A stretch of DNA of 62,182 nucleotides from Parcubacteria group bacterium (GTDB lineage Bacteria > Patescibacteriota > Minisyncoccia > Moranbacterales > UBA2206): contig JBAYUI010000003.1 of NCBI GenBank assembly GCA_041675165.1, positions 1 to 62,182 of the forward strand, written 5' to 3'. The position numbers were made by a program, and so were the translations under genes. This document shows positions 40,247 to 48,603 of this stretch, in pieces. Positions within the stretch are counted from its first letter, which is position 1, and the number at the start of each line of letters is the position of its first letter. A model generated the notes under the pieces. That model saw nothing but the letters and a program-made list of their open reading frames with translations, was not told where the DNA came from and did not search any database.

Positions 40247-41986
40247 CTAACCTTTATTTTTTGTTAGTGTATAAATTAACCTAGAGTTAGCGCCATCTCC
40301 AATTTCCATATATTTTATCTTATTATATTCAGAAGAATAGTATAATAAGCCTCTTTTTTTCTTCTTGTATTCTCCATTCACCAAGGAAGTTCCATTTTTT
40401 TCATATATATCAATTACCGAGCTATCATTAAATATTTTTCCATTAAGCCTAAAATATTCTTCATAATCATAGCTCAACAGCTTTCTGCTTATATTCCAGT
40501 TCGCTGTAATTTCATTGTCAATCACATCAATTTTAAAAATAACCCCATCTTCTGACAGCCATTCCCCAGAGACAGTTCTTAGAAGATTCCCCTTTATAAA
40601 CTTGGCCTCAGTAAAATTTAAAATAAATCTACGTAATAATAAGGCTTCGCGTATTTTTTCCTTTTCTATGTCGCTTTCTTTTTCAATTTTCTTTGGAATT
40701 TCAGACAAAGCCTCGTTCACATTTTGATGAACATTTTCTTTTCCCCTTGCTGAATTAAGAAGCTCTTTCGCTTCAGAAACAAACCCTATATTTAATAATC
40801 TGTACGCCAAGTTTGCACTTGCCAATGTGTTTCCTAGCTTCTCAGCCTCCTTATAGCTTTCGATTGATTTTATTGGCATTTGTAAATTATCATATTGAAC
40901 ACCAATATTATTCTGAACAGAGTCGTCTTTTGGATTTATACTCTTTGCATTTTTATAATGCAAAAGTGCTATTTCATCATATTTACCCTCTGCATACGAA
41001 TATCCAGCCTTAAATAGAAGTGCCGAATCGTTTGGTTTTAATTCTACTGCTTTGTCTATAGCAAATGCCTTATTTTCATAATCCTTTTCCTTGTCATATA
41101 TATCAGCCAATGCCTCATATATTCTGACCTTAGATTCATCATCTTGTACATTGGATAACACTTCACTTAAAACATTAACGGCTTCATCCATTTTATTATA
41201 TTTATACAAAATCACTGATAAATTTTGGACTGCTAATGATTTTTCATTATCATTAATTGCTAGTTTTAATGCTTGGTAATAAAAAAGCTCTGAATTTTTT
41301 AAATCATCAGAAATTTCATAGCAATAACCGATTGCCATATTAACCGCATGCATGATATCTCGACTGTTCAATAATCCCTTTAATTTGCTTATAGCGGTAG
41401 TGTCACCCAACTTATGGGATAATTCTAAATATAAAATTTCATCCTTTTTATTGTCGCCACCAAGTTCAAGCATTTTTTTATAGGCTGTATCCATTTTTTC
41501 TTTATCCTTATTAAGAATAGCAGCTATAAACATTTCTCTCTCCCAGTCATCCTTGGTAATGGGTTCTCTATCATTCTTTTTTTCTTGCTCCCTGCTTCCT
41601 TCTATATATTCATCATCACTTATTTGTTCTTCTTTTTTGTTTTGCTTGTTTGTCGCTCCTATTTCATCGCACGCTTCAGCCTCAATTCCTTTTTCTCCCG
41701 CACTAAACTTTTTCATTCTGCCAATAAACTTAGCGATTTGCTTATAAAATACGAAAATAAAAAAAATTAAGAATACTAATACCGCAAATGGCCAACCCAT
41801 TTGAAACAAAGAAGTATAAAATTCATTTTGACCAGAATTTTCCAGATTTTTCGAGTTAAGTCCGTTTTCTGGAACACTAAGAACACTTTTGTATAAAAAG
41901 AATGATACCAAAAATATTCCCAGCAAAAGAAATACAATTTTTTTATTAAGACCTATATATTTTAGAATAGAGACACCTCTTACCAT
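40247..41986 (-). CDS. Membrane-anchored TPR-repeat protein
   Basis: Two N-terminal TM helices; TPR-like units (KAVELKPND..LLFKAG; NPKDDSVQNNIG); very AT-rich. Confidence 0.75.
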   Translation of the reverse strand: MVRGVSILKYIGLNKKIVFLLLGIFLVSFFLYKSVLSVPENGLNSKNLENSGQNEFYTSLFQMGWPFAVLVFLIFFIFVFYKQIAKFIGRMKKFSAGEKGIEAEACDEIGATNKQNKKEEQISDDEYIEGSREQEKKNDREPITKDDWEREMFIAAILNKDKEKMDTAYKKMLELGGDNKKDEILYLELSHKLGDTTAISKLKGLLNSRDIMHAVNMAIGYCYEISDDLKNSELFYYQALKLAINDNEKSLAVQNLSVILYKYNKMDEAVNVLSEVLSNVQDDESKVRIYEALADIYDKEKDYENKAFAIDKAVELKPNDSALLFKAGYSYAEGKYDEIALLHYKNAKSINPKDDSVQNNIGVQYDNLQMPIKSIESYKEAEKLGNTLASANLAYRLLNIGFVSEAKELLNSARGKENVHQNVNEALSEIPKKIEKESDIEKEKIREALLLRRFILNFTEAKFIKGNLLRTVSGEWLSEDGVIFKIDVIDNEITANWNISRKLLSYDYEEYFRLNGKIFNDSSVIDIYEKNGTSLVNGEYKKKKRGLLYYSSEYNKIKYMEIGDGANSRLIYTLTKNKG

Positions 41987-42224
41987 AAAAGATACCAGAA
42001 TAATTTAATAATTTAAGGATACCACCCTAAAACATTAAAAACAAGCCTCGTATGTTCAATATTAACTCAAATTTATTTTACAAAATCCGCGACCAAACAT
42101 TATGTTTTCCGTTATTTGAAACCTTTTTTCGTTTGATTGAGATGTTTTTGCTTTGAATAAGCCTGTTTTTAGGACAAATTACCTCAAGCCAACCCGATGA
42201 TTGCCTTGTTTAAGACAAATTCTG

Positions 42225-42254
42225 TTGACATATAAATATTATAAAGCATATACT
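42225..42254 (+). promoter_or_regulatory. Sigma70-type promoter upstream of the ParB-like gene
   Basis: ttgaca-N18-tatact. Confidence 0.6.
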
Positions 42255-42365
42255 AAATAGCAGGAGGGAACAGCAACGAACCTTGTCCTTTAACCGTCAT
42301 TTTTGTCAATTTACCGCTTTTGCAACGATTTTCCATCAACCACCAACATTCGAGAGGAGGATCCA

Positions 42366-43253
42366 ATGAACACCAGCGCACAAATTATTCCGATTCGTCA
42401 AGAAATGCCAGTGACAGGATTACCGAGTGTTCCAGTGTCTTCGATCAGACGATTCAAAGATCAACCGCGAATCATATTCGATCAAGACAAGCTCAAGGCG
42501 CTTGCAGACAGTATCAAAGAATACGGCTTGCAACAGCCCATCAGTGTCGTCGTGCTCAGGGGTGATGAGCAACATGATTATGAGCTTAAGGATGGCGAAC
42601 GCAGATGGCTCGCACATCAAATTGCCGGAATCGAACGCATCGACGTTATTATCGACCACGAAACAAGACCGGGGACGCAGCACCTCCAATCTCTCATCGC
42701 GAATTTCAATAGAGAAGGCCATACCTATATGGAAACCTCCAACGCGCTCGTTAAAGAGAAACAGAATGGGGTGCCGGCTGAATCTCTGGCAACGGCCTGC
42801 GGCAAATCGGTTGGTTGGGTCTATCAACATCTTGCACTGCAAAATCTCCACCCTGATCTGCAAAAACTGCTAAACGCAGGGAGCAACAAGAAAAAACTTC
42901 GGTTTAATCCAGCGTATGAATTGTCAAAACTTCCACTGGAACAACAAGTGTCTGCCTACAATAAGATGCGAAAAATCCCTGGAGCAGCTGAAAGGATTAA
43001 CTTTATCAAATCTAAAGGCGGCAATCCGATTGCGCCACGCGCGAAAAGGCCAGCACGAGAAGCAAAAAGTTTGAAAAATTTGGTTTACATGGTGAAATCC
43101 GGCGTTGAAAGATTTGCCAATCTAAAGAAAACTGATTTCAAGGCAATGATGGAAAAGCTTGAGCCTGCGGAAATTCCTGCTTTGATTAGTCAATTGAAAG
43201 CAGGTGCAGAATCATTGCAAGAATTGGCAAGTTTTGTGGAGAATTTTCAATGA
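42366..43253 (+). CDS. ParB/RepB/Spo0J-family protein without ParA
   Basis: QPR..FD...L.ALA.SIKEYGLQQPI; KDGERRWLA; ANFNRE; HTH; SD gaggagg before MNTSAQ. Confidence 0.88.
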   Translation: MNTSAQIIPIRQEMPVTGLPSVPVSSIRRFKDQPRIIFDQDKLKALADSIKEYGLQQPISVVVLRGDEQHDYELKDGERRWLAHQIAGIERIDVIIDHETRPGTQHLQSLIANFNREGHTYMETSNALVKEKQNGVPAESLATACGKSVGWVYQHLALQNLHPDLQKLLNAGSNKKKLRFNPAYELSKLPLEQQVSAYNKMRKIPGAAERINFIKSKGGNPIAPRAKRPAREAKSLKNLVYMVKSGVERFANLKKTDFKAMMEKLEPAEIPALISQLKAGAESLQELASFVENFQ

Positions 43254-43329
43254 GTAATGTCGTTACAGAACCAGCAACATGATCCTCAGTCACACCATTC
43301 GTGATTGGGGATTTATTTTTTTGCAAAAC

Positions 43330-43409
43330 AAAAACAGCCACTTTCAAGGCCGTTTTTGCTGTTATGAGCAGTTTAGTTCATACGGTGAGAAATGGATTTA
43401 TAGAAAAAA
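43330..43409 (+). mobile_element. att-like hybrid repeat R2
   Basis: aaaaacagcc..ggccgttttt gctgtta tgagc agtttagttcatacggtgagaaatggatttat. Confidence 0.65.
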
Positions 43410-43434
43410 CTTTATTTTCCGGGTAACTTAAATC

Positions 43435-43755
43435 TTATTTCCAAACTCTTTTTTTGTTCAATTCTTCCTTTTCCCTAAATGCCTGCTCTAAATCAATATC
43501 GAACCGATTGGCGATTGTACAAATCAGAATGATAACATCGGCCAGTTCTTCATCAATTGAGCCGAACTTGGAATTATGATCCACTTTAGTTACCTTATTT
43601 TTTTTTCTTACCGACTTAAACAATTCACCGATTTCTTCGCCCAAAAGCAAGCATTTCTGGGAAACATCCTCTTTTTCAAAACCTCGTTCTTTTTCCAATT
43701 CCCGAACATATTCCTGAAAATCTTTTAGAGTAGGGATTTCTTTTAAAATTGGCAT
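43435..43755 (-). CDS. MazG-like nucleotide pyrophosphohydrolase
   Basis: LGEEIGELFKSVRK and IDEELADV acidic motifs. Confidence 0.9.
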   Translation of the reverse strand: MPILKEIPTLKDFQEYVRELEKERGFEKEDVSQKCLLLGEEIGELFKSVRKKNKVTKVDHNSKFGSIDEELADVIILICTIANRFDIDLEQAFREKEELNKKRVWK

Positions 43756-43908
43756 AATTTTTTTTAATTCATTTTAGTAAAATTATCTCCCTCTAGTATA
43801 TCATAAAAAAATCAAGGTGTGAGCGTATCGCCCACACCTTTTTGCATTCCAGTTTTCTGGTTATAAAAGTTTCTCAAACTCCTTTCTGATGTAAGCAATT
43901 AAAAAATC

Positions 43909-43987
43909 AAAAAACGGCCTTACAAAGCCATTCTATTAATTTGGAGCTGGCTAGTACATACAGTTAGAACTGGATTTATGGATAAAA
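43909..43987 (+). mobile_element. att-like hybrid repeat R3 (more diverged)
   Basis: aaaaaacggccttacaaagccatt..ggagc tggctagtacatacagttagaactggatttatg. Confidence 0.55.
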
Positions 43988-44079
43988 GCCTTATCTGAGC
44001 TCAGTGTTCAAAAATGAAATTCGAGCCATTTTCAAAAGATAAGGTTGCATTCGAATCAATGAATTATTATAAGTGACTC

Positions 44080-44589
44080 CTAATTCCCATTGTAGGCATT
44101 TTGTAATTTTGCCATGTCAATCTTTTTCATCTCCAATACTGCCGCCATAACTCTTTCGACCTTGTTCTTGTCTTTATCTTGAAGCATTTTTTCAATAAAC
44201 GCAGGTCCTATTTGCCAAGACAGGCCAAATCGATCTTTGAGCCAGCCACACACTTGAGCATTTTCATCCCCACCTTCCTTCAGTGCATCCCAATAATAGT
44301 CGATTTCTTTTTGTGTATCGCAATTTATAACTAAGGAAAAAGCTTCGGAAAGTCTAAATGGCTCTCCACCATTAATGGCAGTAAAATTTTGCCCAGCCAA
44401 ATTGAAAGATACTGTCATTACGGATCCAGCTGGTTTCCCAGAAACTTTTTCTGTCACTTTAGGATAGTGGCTGATACCGAAAATTCCTGCTTTTTCACCA
44501 GCCTTGGTGAAAACTGAAACATAGAACTCAGCTGCTTCCTTAGCCTCATCATTAAACCAAATAAATGGGGTTATTTTTTGCATTTGCAT
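44080..44589 (-). CDS. VOC/PhnB-like protein (3-demethylubiquinone-9 methyltransferase-like family)
   Basis: KITPFIWF, A.EFY.SVF, AINGG, CGWLKDRFGLSWQI, MKKID. Confidence 0.92.
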   Translation of the reverse strand: MQMQKITPFIWFNDEAKEAAEFYVSVFTKAGEKAGIFGISHYPKVTEKVSGKPAGSVMTVSFNLAGQNFTAINGGEPFRLSEAFSLVINCDTQKEIDYYWDALKEGGDENAQVCGWLKDRFGLSWQIGPAFIEKMLQDKDKNKVERVMAAVLEMKKIDMAKLQNAYNGN

Positions 44590-44607
44590 ATGTTTTCAAT
44601 TAATTGT

Positions 44608-44994
44608 TTAGAGGCTGACAATTGATTTGAAACCTCCATAAGCCATACGCTTCATATCAAAAGGCATGACTATATCTTTATTTTTTGGATCGTTCATTGT
44701 TGGATCTTTCATCATTTTTGCATTGACCGCATCTCTGTGAGCGCGTGATTTGTAAACAATGAAAGAAAACACAACAGTCTCGCCTTTCTTGACTTTGGCC
44801 AACTCAGGAAACTTTACAAAACTCATCCCGTCCATCCCCATCATCTTAGGATTCAAGTCATCTCCAACCGCTTCGATATAATCAAGGGCGCCATATTTTT
44901 TCATTAATTTTACCATTGGCAAGGCCATCTTACGATACTCTGGCAGTTTTTTTATAGGAACCGGAAGAACAAAACCATCTATATATTTTGTCAT
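44608..44994 (-). CDS. DUF1428 family protein
   Basis: YIDGFVLPVP, YGALDYIE..GDDL, ETVVFS, HRDAVNAK.M.D, MPFDMKRMAYGGF. Confidence 0.9.
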   Translation of the reverse strand: MTKYIDGFVLPVPIKKLPEYRKMALPMVKLMKKYGALDYIEAVGDDLNPKMMGMDGMSFVKFPELAKVKKGETVVFSFIVYKSRAHRDAVNAKMMKDPTMNDPKNKDIVMPFDMKRMAYGGFKSIVSL

Positions 44995-45044
44995 ATTATT
45001 ATGTATTATAAGTTATAAAATATACTACAATTAAGTTATCAAAT

Positions 45045-45290
45045 TTATTTATCATCCTTTGCAGATCTGTATTTCAATAAACGAAAAACTCCCTTGGAAG
45101 GTTTATATACCTTTTCTGGATATTTTGATATTAGTTTCCAGATACTGCCATTAATTGTTTTTGGATGAAAACTTGAATCAGATGCTTTAACTTTTGAGAG
45201 CAACTCTGACCAACGCAAACCAGCAGGATATTGTTCGAGCAATTCAAATATTGTTTCATTCATACGATCTGTAATTGTGAGATTACTCAT
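45045..45290 (-). CDS. Small winged-helix hypothetical protein
   Basis: 81 aa; helical N-half ending VYKPSKGVFRL, a wing-like motif. Confidence 0.6.
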   Translation of the reverse strand: MSNLTITDRMNETIFELLEQYPAGLRWSELLSKVKASDSSFHPKTINGSIWKLISKYPEKVYKPSKGVFRLLKYRSAKDDK

Positions 45291-45341
45291 ATTTACAAAG
45301 TTATAAAATCTTAGTTTAAATACTGTCAGATTTTTGAAAAA

Positions 45342-45935
45342 TTAAGATGATACTGTTTCCACCTTACCGGCACGTTCATAGTTTGCAATAATAACACCAC
45401 TTGGCGATATTTTACTATAAGATAATTTGAATGCTGCTGGAATCGTGCCTTCAGCAAATAAGCGTTTGCCCGTACCAATCGTGATGGGAAATATTTTAAG
45501 CCACAATTCATCTACCAAATCATTCTCAAGCAATGTCTGAACAAGATTGCCACTGCCCCAAACTTGAATGTCGCCGCCTTTTGATTGTTTAAGTTTTTTT
45601 ATATCCGACAGACTGCTCAAAAATACTGAGTTTTTCCAATCTGACTTTTTCATTGTATTAGACATAATATATTTTGTGCCATCATTGATGCCTGGCCAAA
45701 TTTCTGCATGCTGCGGCCAGTAGCTGGCAAAAATATCAAATGTTTTTCTACCTAAAAGATACTCCGCAGGTTCCATCTGTTTACCCATCTCTTGACCCAA
45801 GTCTTTGTCTTTATCAAAGTACGGAGTCGCCCAACCGCCAAACTTAAAACCCTCACTTGCGTCTTCCCTGGAGCCACCAGGTGCTTGCATTATTCCATCC
45901 AATGTCACAAACTCGATTACGATTATTTTTCTCAT
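45342..45935 (-). CDS. Dihydrofolate reductase-like (RibD C-terminal) protein
   Basis: FVTLDGIMQAPGG, LLGRKTFD, IQVWGSGNLVQTL...DLVDE, GTGKRLF. Confidence 0.92.
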   Translation of the reverse strand: MRKIIVIEFVTLDGIMQAPGGSREDASEGFKFGGWATPYFDKDKDLGQEMGKQMEPAEYLLGRKTFDIFASYWPQHAEIWPGINDGTKYIMSNTMKKSDWKNSVFLSSLSDIKKLKQSKGGDIQVWGSGNLVQTLLENDLVDELWLKIFPITIGTGKRLFAEGTIPAAFKLSYSKISPSGVIIANYERAGKVETVSS

Positions 45936-45954
45936 ATTATTTTATTTTTTAGTT

Positions 45955-46344
45955 TTATTCTGGCTTCCAATCTGTTCCTTGCATCAAGGCAAAACGATTA
46001 CCTTCAGTGTCCTTAGCGCTAGCAAACCAGCCCACGCCCTTAAGTTCACTCTTTTCCCTCGTAATTACACCGCCATTCGCCTTAACCATCTCAATCGCAT
46101 TATCAATATTTTCAACCAAAATTGTGTCATCATAAGTATAAATCTTATCATCTTCTGGCCTCTTATACATGCCACCTCCTATACCTGGGCCTTTACCGGT
46201 GTCCAACATCCAATAATCCATAGGATCTCCTTTTTCTGTCGACATTGCCTGATTAATTTTCCAACCAAAAGTATTCTCATAGAACTTTTTTGCTCGTTCC
46301 GCATCATCTGCTTGAATTTCAAAATGTATTATTCTGTTACTCAT
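45955..46344 (-). CDS. VOC/glyoxalase family protein
   Basis: IIHFEI.ADD.ERAKKFY...FGW, IGGG, GVGWFA..KDTEGNRFAL. Confidence 0.92.
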   Translation of the reverse strand: MSNRIIHFEIQADDAERAKKFYENTFGWKINQAMSTEKGDPMDYWMLDTGKGPGIGGGMYKRPEDDKIYTYDDTILVENIDNAIEMVKANGGVITREKSELKGVGWFASAKDTEGNRFALMQGTDWKPE

Positions 46345-46504
46345 ATATTTATGTATTAAATTTAATTAATCCTGAACTTACATTCATGTATAATTAATAC
46401 GAAAAAATAACAGATATATTTCGTGATTTCTGCAGCTTTCAGTTCTGATATTTGTTTTGGATACAAAAAAACAGGCTTTAAACAAAGCCTGTTTTTTAAT
46501 TTTG

Positions 46505-46576
46505 AGCGGGTAACGGGAATCGAACCCGTGTCACTAGATTGGCAACCTAGTGTAATAGCCACTATACGATACCCGC
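46505..46576 (-). tRNA. tRNA-Gly(GCC)
   Basis: CTAGG-TTGCCAA-TCTAG; U73; no encoded CCA; downstream hairpin at 46465-46497. Confidence 0.95.
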
Positions 46577-46578
46577 TT

Positions 46579-47265
46579 TTAGCTATAATCAGATTTTAAA
46601 CCATCTATCCAGCCGATAACTTTAAAAAATAATTTTACATCATTTATTCTAATGTGAACAGTGCCGTGAGTCAAGCTGTCTTCATCTCTTTTGCCTTGAC
46701 TTGATTTGCTTACCGAACAACACGTTTTGATGAATTGGTCTTGTGGAATATTTGTCAGGCTAGACCAGTACGTCACTGACTTTTCAATATCCACGTTTTT
46801 ATGCGCTATCAGCTGGACTTTTATCTTATCTTCTTTAATTTTTAAAAATTTTTTGAAAAATCTTACCATGATCACTACCATCTTCGGATCAGAATTGGTA
46901 AAATCTATCGCTTTCCATTTACTGCCTTGTGCGCCCTTCTTATATCCTTCCGCCCAATATAAAGAAATTCCAACCAAAAATAATTTATCTTTTTTTAAGA
47001 TAGAAAACTCTTTTTTTGCCAGGGAGCGAATTTTAGCTGCCCTTTCCTTGGCCAATTTCGTCTGGTTCCTATTTCTATTTATGAGTCCCTTGACACTACC
47101 TTCAAAAACTCTGCTTGCCAATCTTTTTTTCGCTTTCTGAGAAATTTCGATACCTGCCAACCAATAGCTCAATGTGCTTTTAGGAACTTTCAGCCTATCT
47201 CCTATTTCATTATAGCTGTACCCTTGTTTTCTTAGTTTTACAGCTTGCAGTTTATCTTTTCTCAT
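46579..47265 (-). CDS. HTH + degenerate LAGLIDADG-like protein
   Basis: N-terminal HTH (LRKQGYSYNEI..RLKVPKSTLSYW); GISLYWAEG; FTNSDP..V; stop 2 nt before tRNA-Gly. Confidence 0.75.
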   Translation of the reverse strand: MRKDKLQAVKLRKQGYSYNEIGDRLKVPKSTLSYWLAGIEISQKAKKRLASRVFEGSVKGLINRNRNQTKLAKERAAKIRSLAKKEFSILKKDKLFLVGISLYWAEGYKKGAQGSKWKAIDFTNSDPKMVVIMVRFFKKFLKIKEDKIKVQLIAHKNVDIEKSVTYWSSLTNIPQDQFIKTCCSVSKSSQGKRDEDSLTHGTVHIRINDVKLFFKVIGWIDGLKSDYS

Positions 47266-47324
47266 ATAAATTGAACCTACGATATATATACCATAATTAT
47301 ATCATAGGTTCAATTTTTGTACAG

Positions 47325-47641
47325 TGGTGCCGGGTCCCAGGATTGAACTGGGGACACAAGGATTTTCCTTGATAATTTTTCTTGGATTTCCCCAAGGATC
47401 GGACTATTTCATCATCCTGAAATAAAATCAGGAGTTGGGCGCTATTGCAAGATTATTGTTGGGACTCACTTGCTAGTCTCTACACTTTCCTCAAAACTTA
47501 AACCCTCTGAGGCTTAGCTCGAGATTACCTTATTGTTTTTCAACAACTTAGGCTTCCTCGAATTCACCCAATTTTCATTTCCAAATTACTCTGGAACGGA
47601 CCGAAAATCAGTCCTCTGCTCTACCACTGAGCTAACCCGGC
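47325..47641 (-). tRNA. tRNA-Phe(GAA), intron-containing (exons 47610-47641 and 47325-47367)
   Basis: Joined exons give GAGGA-CT|GAAAA-TCCTT and a full cloverleaf with CCA. Confidence 0.93.
47368..47609 (-). ncRNA. Group I self-splicing intron (242 nt, no ORF) after U33 of tRNA-Phe
   Basis: P1 GGACU/GGUCC with U.G at the splice site; terminal G; P3 UUGGGUG/CGCCCAA; P7 GACUA/UAGUC; P2, P8 and P9 hairpins. Confidence 0.9.
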
Positions 47642-47647
47642 CCTTAT

Positions 47648-47745
47648 CATATTATCATTTTAACATATTAGCATTTTAGCAAACTAGGCTATGATTGCTA
47701 AAAGTTTTTTGTTAATATGTTAAAATGTTAGTATGTTAAAATGCT
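47648..47745. repeat. Inverted array of degenerate 8-mers (ttaacata/ttagcatt vs atgttaaa)
   Basis: Between tRNA-Phe and tRNA-Val; a related half-array (atgctaac/atgctaaa/atgttaac) is at 6850-6885. Confidence 0.65.
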
Positions 47746-47749
47746 TCTG

Positions 47750-47823
47750 TGGACCCTATAGGACTCGAACCTATGACATCCTCGGTGTAAACGAGGCGCT
47801 CTAGCCAACTGAGCTAAGGATCC
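47750..47823 (-). tRNA. tRNA-Val(TAC)
   Basis: CCTCG-TTTACAC-CGAGG cloverleaf. Confidence 0.96.
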
Positions 47824-47832
47824 CGCGCCATG

Positions 47833-47917
47833 TGCGAACGAGAGGACTTGAACCTCCAAGGGATTGCTCCCACAAGCACCTCAAGCTTGCGCGTATACCA
47901 AATTCCGCCACGTTCGC
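47833..47917 (-). tRNA. tRNA-Leu(GAG)
   Basis: CAAGC-TTGAGGT-GCTTG; variable arm. Confidence 0.95.
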
Positions 47918-48002
47918 TTACAAAACATTCTCTATTGAATTTTGATAGAAATATGCAGGCCGTTGACTATTTATCCTTCTTGACTTCCTTGACTTCCTTG
48001 GA

Positions 48003-48497
48003 TTATTCAGCTTTCTCAGCTTTTTGAGCAGTTTCTTTCTTTTTTGGAGCAACTTCCTTTTCCATGTCTTTCTCAACCGCCTTAATATCTTCTTCGTTCA
48101 ATTTTTCGTCCACAGCTTCCGCTTCTTTTTCCGCCGCGACAAATTCTTTCATATCCTTATATTTCATACGGCTCTGTTTCGGAGTCAGGCTTCTGACATA
48201 ATACAATTTGGATCTTCTCACTTTGGCTTTCTTGATAAGTTCGATCTTTTGCACATTTTTGGACAAGACCGGCACGATCATTTCCACACCCACCGTATGC
48301 GAGACTTTCCGCACGGTGATTGTCAAAGAAGAGCTTTGGCGGCCCTTGACGGCGATGACCAAACCTTCAAAAACCTGTACTCTTTCCTTGGCACCTTCCT
48401 TAATCTTGAGATGGACCTTAACAATGTCTCCGGCATGAAAGTTGGCTGGTTCCTCTCCACGTAATACCTTGTTAAACTCGATGATTTCCTGTTTCAT
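48003..48497 (-). CDS. rplS: 50S ribosomal protein L19 with charged C-terminal extension
   Basis: FHAGDIVKVH.KIKEG.KERVQVFEG, TVRKVS..VGVE, KVRRSKLYY. Confidence 0.97.
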   Translation of the reverse strand: MKQEIIEFNKVLRGEEPANFHAGDIVKVHLKIKEGAKERVQVFEGLVIAVKGRQSSSLTITVRKVSHTVGVEMIVPVLSKNVQKIELIKKAKVRRSKLYYVRSLTPKQSRMKYKDMKEFVAAEKEAEAVDEKLNEEDIKAVEKDMEKEVAPKKKETAQKAEKAE

Positions 48498-48603
48498 AGT
48501 TTTTATTATAACAATAATTATCTAAATAAAAAAGTCTCAAAACTTAACTTTGAGCATTTTTTCAGAATTTTAGCTCTGTTTTTAGCTTTTCTATACTATC
48601 CTT

